A stretch of DNA of 64,000 nucleotides from Auanema rhodensis (taxonomy: Eukaryota; Animalia; Nematoda), in contig OZ059898.1 of the NCBI GenBank assembly GCA_964057225.1, forward strand, positions 11,470,001 through 11,534,000, given 5' to 3'. Under the pieces are notes generated by a model. It had not been told where the DNA came from, did not search any database, and was given only the letters and a program-made list of their open reading frames with translations. Position numbers and translations under genes: made by a program. This document shows, in pieces, positions 53,424 to 64,000 of this stretch; position 1 is the first letter of the stretch; the number at the start of each line of letters is the position of its first letter.

Positions 53424-56071
53424 ATGTCAACCTATATTCCTACACCGGATTATGGATATTCAGCCCCTGATCGTGCTATTCCAGCGCCTGACTATACCAG
53501 TCAGAATCGTAATCAGGCTCCAACAAACATGATTCCACCTCCAGATTATGTCGATGGTCGACCCTTTGATCCACAAGTACGCATTTTGATTTGTAGTAAC
53601 TAGTGCGTCTCTTCTGCTTTTAGATTGACTATGATAAAACAGTTAGGTATTCGAATAGTAGATATAGCCAGAGGAGAAATTTACCCAATTTTAATAATAA
53701 TAACTTAATTTATGTGAGTAGTTTGTCCTATGCTTTGAAAAAACGTCTTTCTAATATCTTTACTGATAATAACTTTCTCCAGAGAAGCGGTACAGAAATC
53801 AAGCCAGAGGCAATTAAACATATTCAGCCAGTAAGTTGCTATTTTGAACTCATCGATATAATAATTTCATTTCCTAATTCACGAATTAAACCTTTCTTCT
53901 TAATCTATAACACTTATTTCAAACCTCATTAAGCAGTGTATTTAGTTTTTTAATCATCATATCTAAAATGATTTTGAGAAAATCTGATAAGACATTTCAC
54001 GTGAGCTTGTTGTTTCGATATTTCTTAAACGATTATCAGAAAGGCTCACTTCCTGTGCACCTGGAACTTTTGTTGAAGATTACAAAAAATTCGTCATCTT
54101 AATGTCATATACTGCGTTAAATTGAACTTTTGACTTTATTTTCAAAATCATGTTAATTCAAATTGGTTGCATTCTTTTGTTGAAAATTCAAAATTTGTTT
54201 CCGTTGTTTTTCAAACATCCCAACATGATTACTAATTGGAATCTTATAGGCAACAACATTTGTCGAAGAAAAGGTGCATGTTCCTGCTCGCAATGAAGCA
54301 TTAGGTCAACATCGCAATTATCCTTCTGCACTGGTAAGTGTCACAGTTAACTAGAATCAATATCGTGAAGTAATCAGAACGGCCGATAACTAACTGTAAG
54401 CCGATTAGGGCAATATTGTTATATCGATATCAATTAGATTTATCTTTTCTTTTTTTTTGGAAACAAAAAGGTAATACTTTCAGCCAGAAGACAACTTTGT
54501 GGCCCATTCGTACTTAGAGGATCGGAATAAGATATGGCCAGACGATGTCAAAAACAAATCTATCCGATCACATATACGCAATATCGGTGTTCCGGTATTG
54601 CCAGGAATCATGTCCGATACATCCCCAAGCGATGAACTCGTTGGTGAGTTGTTTACCAGTATTTTATAAGCATATGATATTCAGCCTACATGACCTTTTT
54701 AGTAGTTTATACTTCTTTAACTATTGTTCTCATTTTGTTTCGCCCGATATTGCTCGTGTACTCGAGCTCGTAGATTGATTAGTTGCGATAGAAACAGATG
54801 GTCTTTCATGTTTGCTCACGACAGAATTCGATTAGAGAGAAAAAGGGTTTTTTGAAAACCTAATTCTATACTTTTCTAATTATCTAATTACCTTTACATC
54901 CAAGCTATGGAAGAAATGTAGTATTGAATTACAACCTACTATATTTACTAAATTGAGAAGAAACAAGAAAAAGATGACAACAACCTACAACTAATCGTTT
55001 TAGATATATCTCCGGCATTCTTGCGCCATCTCGAAAATCACAAAAGTTTCGATACTATGAGGTCTTTAAGAAGTTGTCGCCTTTGTGTCATGATGGCCAA
55101 GGAAGGACTGATTGACATTGAGACAGGGTATAGTCAGATTTAATTTACTTTATCTTATTTCTAAGTAAAGAAAGAAAATGTAAAATTTCATAAACATTTT
55201 TTCAGGGCCCTGCTCAATCATGTTTCCACCGGGAATACAAAAGTGAGAAAAGATGTGTAAGTTTATAGAACATTTTGAATACACATCACATACATAGATG
55301 ATTATCATGGTTAATATTAAAAATCAAATGTTACGCATATTGAAAAAAGTATTTGGTAGTCTTAATATGGGACCACTTCATGCAAAAATCGTTTTTCCGC
55401 CATGCTCACTTGGGGCCATAATAAAATAAAATAAAATCATAAATTTAATTGATTTTTCTACGGTTCAAAGATATGATGGTTATATAATAAAACTTGAAAA
55501 GCATACAAATTTTCCGACCGAATAAGAATGATGAAGTTATCTATATAAGGTCATAAAGTACAAAATATAAAATTATTTTTTCCAGACGTGATCTTTTTGA
55601 ACAACAGGAAGACGAAGGCTCATATACGAGAGCACGTCGATCTTACACTCGAAAACACGAAGGAGAAATGTCGGTAGAATTTAGAGAAAAGATACAGGTT
55701 AGACATTCATCTTATATCGATTAGACATGTCGATTCGCCGTCGAAAAAGGCGATTTGAGAAAGCGACAACATAAAAAAATTCTTCAAATGTTGGTTTTCT
55801 TGGGCTATCTATCCCCATCTGCTACTACGCTTTCCCAATCTTTCACCCACAGGGTCACATCTCAACACCGAGAAATGACAGCAAAGAATCTTATCAATTC
55901 AACGACCTATATATATAATATAATAAAATAAAATAATTTTACAATCATGCTCATTCTTTAAAAAATCTTCATAAATATATACTTCAGATAATCCGTTCGG
56001 AAGGAACTCATGTACTATGTAAACGTGCGGACGAAACTCTAGGATGGTTGCCAAACTATGTCGTACAATGA
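53424..56071 (+). CDS. Uncharacterised protein with three N-terminal IPxPDY motifs and a divergent C-terminal SH3-like domain
   Basis: Exon 1 contains IPTPDY, IPAPDY and IPPPDY. The last two exons splice to ARRSYTRKHEGEMSVEFREKIQIIRSEGTHVLCKRADETLGWLPNYVVQ*, which follows the SH3 pattern (A..Y...E.S....I.I....G..P.Y). Internal exons are approximate. Confidence 0.72.
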
Positions 56072-56313
56072 TCCTAAAATCGCCGACTTCGACGTATAAT
56101 CAAGATATCTAGTCTTCAATTTTAATGTTTTTTTAAATCTCTATCCTTGTCCTCGCTGTTCTATAATTTTCTCCTGTATTATGAGTGTTCATTTTATACT
56201 AATATATATGTATATATTTTTTTATTATTAAAATATACACATATATAATAGCACGCCAATTAACAAATGTTTATTTACAGTCAACTTAAATCCATCGATT
56301 TTTAAATCAGTAC

Positions 56314-56640
56314 TTTTCGCGCCATAACCTATCGTTTGTCTGATCGGTAGGCGCGCCAACTTTTCATTTTGCGTCGGACATTCCTACGAACAGTATTACT
56401 CATTTTCTCATCGTCTTCAGTATGGTTTATTTAAACGTTCAATATATTTCTTTACTATATGTGAATACAAAATTTTATATTTTATACACAAAATTATTTT
56501 TGTACAAAATTGGCCTCCATTTCGTTATTGTTTTATATTTTCTAAAATTTCATAAATCGATTTTGAATTTACGTCTATCGCGTTTGACCGCCAATAGGCT
56601 CATTGTCAGTGGAGGGCGGGGGGATCGCGATCGGGGTTTG
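56314..56640 (+). promoter_or_regulatory. Candidate beta-tubulin promoter with E2F-like sites and a GC box
   Basis: TTTTCGCGCC (56314), GGCGCGCCAA (56350), GGGCGG (~56614) and palindrome GATCGCGATC (~56623) in otherwise very AT-rich DNA. Confidence 0.4.
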
Positions 56641-57006
56641 ATGTGAGTCACTAGAATTAGTTCTCTGTGTATGTTTCTCTCTCCGTCGTTCACTCTCTTA
56701 GCCTACTTTTTGCTTTTTTTCGTGAAGGACTCTGCTCTACGCTATGGTAGGTACTAGCTTAGACGAATCCTTCCTTTGCATTAGCCTTGACACGATCGTT
56801 TCTTTCATCCCTCATATCTGCTCTCGGACATTGGTCAAATTTTTAACGAAGCAGTTGCCCGCCTAGTTGATGAACTACTCAGTGATAGTTGCAGTTTTCT
56901 TTTCGTTTTTGCTTATTGTGTTCTCTGCTCTGATTTATCGACTTTTTGCAAACTTTTCTACATTGATTTTTTTTAGTTCGTTTTGTTTCGAGCCTAATCT
57001 GCAATC

Positions 57007-58622
<1,616 letters not shown>

Positions 58623-58866
58623 AAAATTAAAATTCCGTGTTGTGTTTGTATATGGAACAAATGTTGCGTTTTTGACAATAAAATCTTTATTATTAAATTA
58701 AAAATCCTACTGAATACTGAAAGAGTTGAACTGTGAACAAAAGTCAATGTGAATGGATTGGTTTATTGGAGGACTACATTAGTAGTGTTTGCCTGGGGAC
58801 AAAGGACATGGGAATATGAGATCAACTGGTAAATATCTATCATTTAATGTTCAGATTCTAAAATGT

Positions 58867-61800
58867 CTAACGAAGAGAAGGTGAACGCTCTAATTCTTTC
58901 ATCGCTATCTGAAAGAATATATTCTAGCGTTTAGATGTGCATTCTAAGAACAAACTTGATTATTTGTATTTATTTCATCACTTTTGTCGTTTTCTTCTTC
59001 TTCATCTAGTATATTTAAATTAGACGCATAATACCAAACGTAGAGATCAGTTATTAAGGAAAGGCCTCTAATCATCACATACATGACATGCATTCTGAAC
59101 AACATGATATAAGGGGTTGTATAACTGATATCTTTACCTCCATCTTAATTTTTGGGCATCGAAAATACTGCAACTTCCATTTCCTCCTTGGCAATTCTAA
59201 ACTTCCTATTTTATATAACTATAACATAAATATTTTTATTTTATTTTTTAAAATCAAGTTGAATAGTCTTTCTGTTTTTTAATGATAAATGGCGTTCCAC
59301 TTTGTGCAACCGATCAACGCGTTTTGTTCATTAAAATGATGAAAATTATTTCCAAAATAAGCGAATGCTGGAAAAAAATTGCTGCACAGTCCCAGTGACC
59401 AACTTTTGCATCAATGTCACTAGTTGTTTGTTAATTTAATTTTATAATTACATGTAATGTTTGTTTTGTTATACATTTATTTTTCATTCATCATGTTTAC
59501 GATTTATCATTAAAGAGCAAGTGTCTCTGTTTTTGATTTTTAAATAACTTTTGCAAAATAAAATAGTTCTAACCTGTTCCCATACTAGGCATGCACTATC
59601 TACAATAGCTCCCCATAAGACAGGACTTGGAAGAGTTCCAAATAGCGAAACTAATAGTCCCTGAAGTCCCAAAGAAGCAGATCTAGTTGCAGGTGGTACA
59701 GATCTAAAAGTATTTCGATGAACATACTACAATATTTATTATCCAACCTCAATAAGATCAACATGCCCGGAACCAATCCCATTCCAGCAAAAAAGGCTCC
59801 TGTTAAGACTGTACTAAAGAATATAACTGTTGGCCATTTACAGTCATCTTGACAAAAATCTTTACGAACAATTCCTTCAGGAACACATTCACATGATGAA
59901 AATTCCTTAATTACATCAGCTGAATAGGTCAAAGAATACTCGTTGACTTACAATATCATGGGAATCAGTTCGTTTCACTTTAACTTCACGACATCCAGCA
60001 TGACAAGGAGAATAAAATGTATATCTGTAATTATAAATATCAAATCCCCAGGTATCGGAAAAGATTCTTACCCTGATGGTGAACAAACTGGGTATAACTT
60101 GGCAGCTTCGCAACCACAATCCTGATTGCAGTTTTGAGTGAAATTGTATTCATTCAACCTTAACATGACATAATGGTTTCAATGTTTGTTATAATTTCCA
60201 TACTTGTTGTTCAAGGCGATTTTCTGTACAATCGAATCACATGATATGAAGACTTTTGAGAAGAATAAGGCTAAGTTGAGACTTGAAACTATCAAAACAA
60301 ACATAGCTGCCTGTCGTCCAGAAAATTTAAATTTTCTAGTAATAATGCCTCCGCAAGCCGCACCCATAGCAAAGCCAAAAACTCCGAAAGCAGCTGAACA
60401 TATGAATATGATTAGATAACGACAATAAACATCTTCTGAAATTACCCATATACTGATGAACTCTGAACAATGGAATTCCAAAATGATTTTCAAGATACTT
60501 GGGAAGGAATACGATATATCCCTTAAACGCCAATATATCAACAATTCTACCAAAAGCTGCACCAATATAGATCTTAGTCCTCAATACATCCTTATACGAC
60601 TTGATGAAACCTAATACAGAAGAGTAAGAACATCTGTACACTAATTCACAAAGATTACCTTTTGCTTTCTCTATAACTGATTCATCGCTATTCTTTTCCT
60701 TATGCTTATCAAACAGAACGATTGACTTTTTGGTATCGTCTTGAGCTTCTGCTGATTCGCTGTAGAAGGTTCATACATATTTCAAGAAATAAGAGCAATA
60801 GAAATTACATTTTTGATCTTCCAGTTGGGAAAAAGAACAGGAAAAATGATGGAAATAAGGTGATCGTACCAATGATCAAGAATCCGATCCACCAAGCTCC
60901 AATCCATGTTGGATCACTAGCGCTTAAACCCGATGGAGCTGCAAGAATGATCTTCTTATATACGATATAATAAGAAAGCTCTTACGGGATAGAGTGTAAT
61001 AGACTTTATTTGTGAAACTTCCAATTAAGTGACCACAAATCGGACCCAAAATTCTGATGAAGGAGATAGCGGCTGAAATGGTCAGACATCAAAACTACCG
61101 TAGTCACTATCATAATTTTCTCAACAAAAAAAATTTATAAGTAGTTTAAATCAAAATATACACATTTTTGAATTGGTATGTACCGTTTATCTGATCAAAA
61201 AATATGCTTTAAAGATACATACTATGTTCTTTCTATTTTTCAGAGAAAAAGTTTAAAATGTACCGAAATAAACTGGTAAATTTTTTTTCTTGATGTTATC
61301 ATCCAGCAATGGTACTCCTAAGCTCCAAGGCATTGTTCTACCGATTCCCAGGAAAAACAAAGCTGTGAACATAATGACAAAAGCTCCAGAATTGCTACCA
61401 GTGTCTTGGCATCGTAAAGCCTAAACGTAATATCAATTTCTGACAAATGTATTTGATTCGTCTTACGGCATGACTTCGTCGAATTGTATTAACCAGCTCT
61501 CCACAATAACTGAAGGGTGCTATAGCACTTCGTTTCAATCTTAAAGGTAAAATGATATCGAAAAAATTTCTTTTTAGAAATACTTTAAAATATCCTTTTC
61601 AGTACTATTAACTCTTCTATTAATGAATTGCTTAAGAACTGCTGTAACTCTTTCTGATTCGTCATCTCCCTCGCCTTCTTCAACAATTTCGAAAACCTTA
61701 AAGTTTTGAATGTATTCATAATACAAACAAAATTAATACTTGATCTAGAATCCAGCTATCGATTGAAAAATAAGTGAAATTAGAATTTCGAGGTGATTGT

Positions 61801-62430
61801 AAATGAGCAGGTGAGATATTCTGAAATATCGAAGCAATGTTGTTGCTAATGATTTTTGAGGAAAATTAACCGGTGACGTTGGAAGTTTAAGAGCTAGAAG
61901 TTTGCTTCTTAGGGCTTTTGGAATTCTATCTTTAATTAGTGGATAGGCCAACAATTCAGCTAAAGAAGCATCTGCCATGAGTAAGTCTGGCTGTACCCGT
62001 ATCGTTTTCTAAAAAGTTCAAAGTTGGAAATTTTAGAAACAAAATATCATTATATTCTACCTCAGCATCAGTTTCATTAAGTTTTATGTGAGCTGTAGGA
62101 AACAAAAAGTGAGGAGATGCAATCATTAGGTAAGTTATGGCCATCATAATGGCACCTCCCCCGATCCATCTAGCTCGATTACCTCGTGAGCCCAAATATG
62201 AAATCAGGAGCACAGAAGGAATATAACCGATATCACCTTAAAACAATAAATGATTTAATTGAACTTAAGTAGATAAGTATACTTGCTGATATCATGAATC
62301 CAGAAAACTTGGATGGTATCTGGAATTGCTTCTCAATGTTCTGTATGGCAGCAATGATATAGCTTCCACCGATTGCCTCAAAAAAGTATACGAGAGAGAA
62401 CAAAGCGAGGAAAACATATATTCGCTCCAT
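58867..62430 (-). CDS. Organic anion transporting polypeptide (OATP/SLCO)
   Basis: Motifs IEKQFQIPSKFSGF, YLGSRGNRARWIGGG, LLDDNIKKKNLPVY, DPTWIGAWWIGFL, FLPKYLENHF, Kazal-like CNQDCGC...YPVC...FYSPCHAGC and PSPVLWGAIVDSACLVW. Terminal exons NCQGGNGSCSIFD and IAMKELERSPSLR*. Confidence 0.93.
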
Positions 62431-64000
62431 TTTGTATGTCGTGAACTAAAAGCAGAAAATTAATAAAAATGAAGAAAATGAAGGAACCTATGAAAAAATC
62501 ACTAAGCGATTAATGATCATGGTTTAAAAAATAAAACAGTATTGCCGAAAAACGAGGGAAAATGAGGGAAAAGCAATACATCTTATAGCACTTATACATC
62601 ATGATGCCGGTCATCATTCTGTAAATTCGATCAAGAAAATAAGATACAGAAAACATTAATGATCAACACACAAATTGAACTTAAATAGTTGAAAGATCAA
62701 TTTTGTCAAGGCGCATTACGGAGTTGTTGGTCTGTCGTTAGCGAAATAGTATCGGTGATTAGGTTCACGGTAAGAGGAACGCTAATGTGGCTAAAGCAGT
62801 GAAAATAGGCAAAGACGATCTATGATATGGAAAAGAAACAGGCGTGGACTTATACATATTGAAAAAACCATAAGTCAGGTTCGTTCGGAGTTAGATGCTT
62901 AGCTAGTACGATTGAATGAAGGCGACATACATTGAAGTACACGCAAGCCATGTTCTCTATAGTATTTTGCCTTGACTAATGACTTAAATTCATTAGTTTT
63001 ATTTTAAGAATTTTAAACAAAATATGAAAAGAATAGGGGTAAGAGTAAGGGTAGAACAACTTCGAATATGTATTGTTATGTTACAGCTACGGATTCTGGA
63101 TTGGAGAAGAAGTGTGGGGCTATCGTATGAGGAACGCATGAAATGATTGATAATCAAAACGAAATTTTTGACTGAACGATTCCTTTAAATGTAATGATAA
63201 AAAAAGGTGAAAAATAAAAAAAAATAGCATAGATAACATATATCTTTAAACATGTTTTTGGTAGAATCTTTTAAAATAGAAGATGAAACAGCTTCATCTA
63301 GTTGTGTTTCTGGAAATATCTCTCTAAACGGATATAGTAATAGTACTAGAAACTATTTTATTATTATTATCGCTTTCTTCACAAAAGGATATATTTGATG
63401 ATGATAGTTATAGTAAAATGATAAGAAAATGTGATTTTAATGAGAAATATATGAGAAATTTGATGTTTGTATATGAAACAGTACTCATAGAAATAGTATT
63501 TCATCTTTAAAGAATCAAAAAATTGAAATTGAAACACTTTCGTCCTATACCATTGAGGATAGAGAACAATAAGAAAACAAAACAACAGATGAAAATTTGA
63601 AATTTTTGAATCAAGGAAAAAATATTTTTTGAGACTAGCTAGAAAATGTATTTATATCAATATGGTATAAGATGATGAAGAAGATAGACGGTATTTGAAA
63701 GATGAACAGGAATTGCATCACAGATCAGACGGACCTGTATGAGACGATAATCATGATCCAGTACTATCTTTAAAAGGAAGACAACATTGCTCTATCAAAT
63801 CTAATTTATGAAATATCGGCTGAAGAACGATTTTGTCGTTGATCATTGTAGTAGTGATGCAGAACGCTCATTTCACCAACAACCTCAGAATGGTACTTCA
63901 GAAGTTAGGGCTACGATGGCTTTAGCCACACCCTCTTCCCCTTTGAACTTAGTTCTACTTCGTTATGTTCTTCTTGATTCTGTTCTTTATTCGTTTCCTA

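Noticed and set aside
58780-58845. TGAGATC (bantam/miR-58-family seed) in a weak hairpin, plus other seed look-alikes at ~37580, 39133, 41661 and 54930
   Set aside because: The stems are too short or poorly paired, and none matches a full conserved mature miRNA that I know.

Overview
This is AT-rich eukaryotic genomic DNA from a nematode, probably a clade V rhabditid (inferred). It shows many 40-55 nt GT-AG introns, TTTTCAG-type acceptors just before start codons, and clear C. elegans-family genes. Most entries in the supplied ORF track are exon fragments or artefacts, so I rebuilt gene models by splicing by hand; exon boundaries are approximate. Genes in order: the 5' part of a secreted Gly/Ala-rich protein, a nematode-type receptor tyrosine kinase, npp-9 (RanBP2/Nup358) head-to-head with gad-1 (WDR70), and a tandem pair of box C/D snoRNA-like genes. 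A ~14 kb gene-poor region follows, with microsatellites and a MITE-like foldback. After it come a patched-related (PTR) gene, gcp-2.1, a DB-module secreted protein absent from the ORF track, and an UNC-93-like MFS transporter. The window ends with an unrecognised C2H2-finger protein, a DGAT2/MOGAT acyltransferase, a PxxDY+SH3 protein, a beta-tubulin (F167/E198/F200) and an OATP transporter. I see no CRISPR array, rRNA, convincing tRNA or autonomous transposon, and no clearly new multi-gene system. The best leads are the snoRNA pair (no target found) with an exactly spaced upstream element, a dispersed bipartite ACGTG-N5/6-CACGTG motif, two unrecognised protein architectures, and a non-AG splice acceptor in gad-1.
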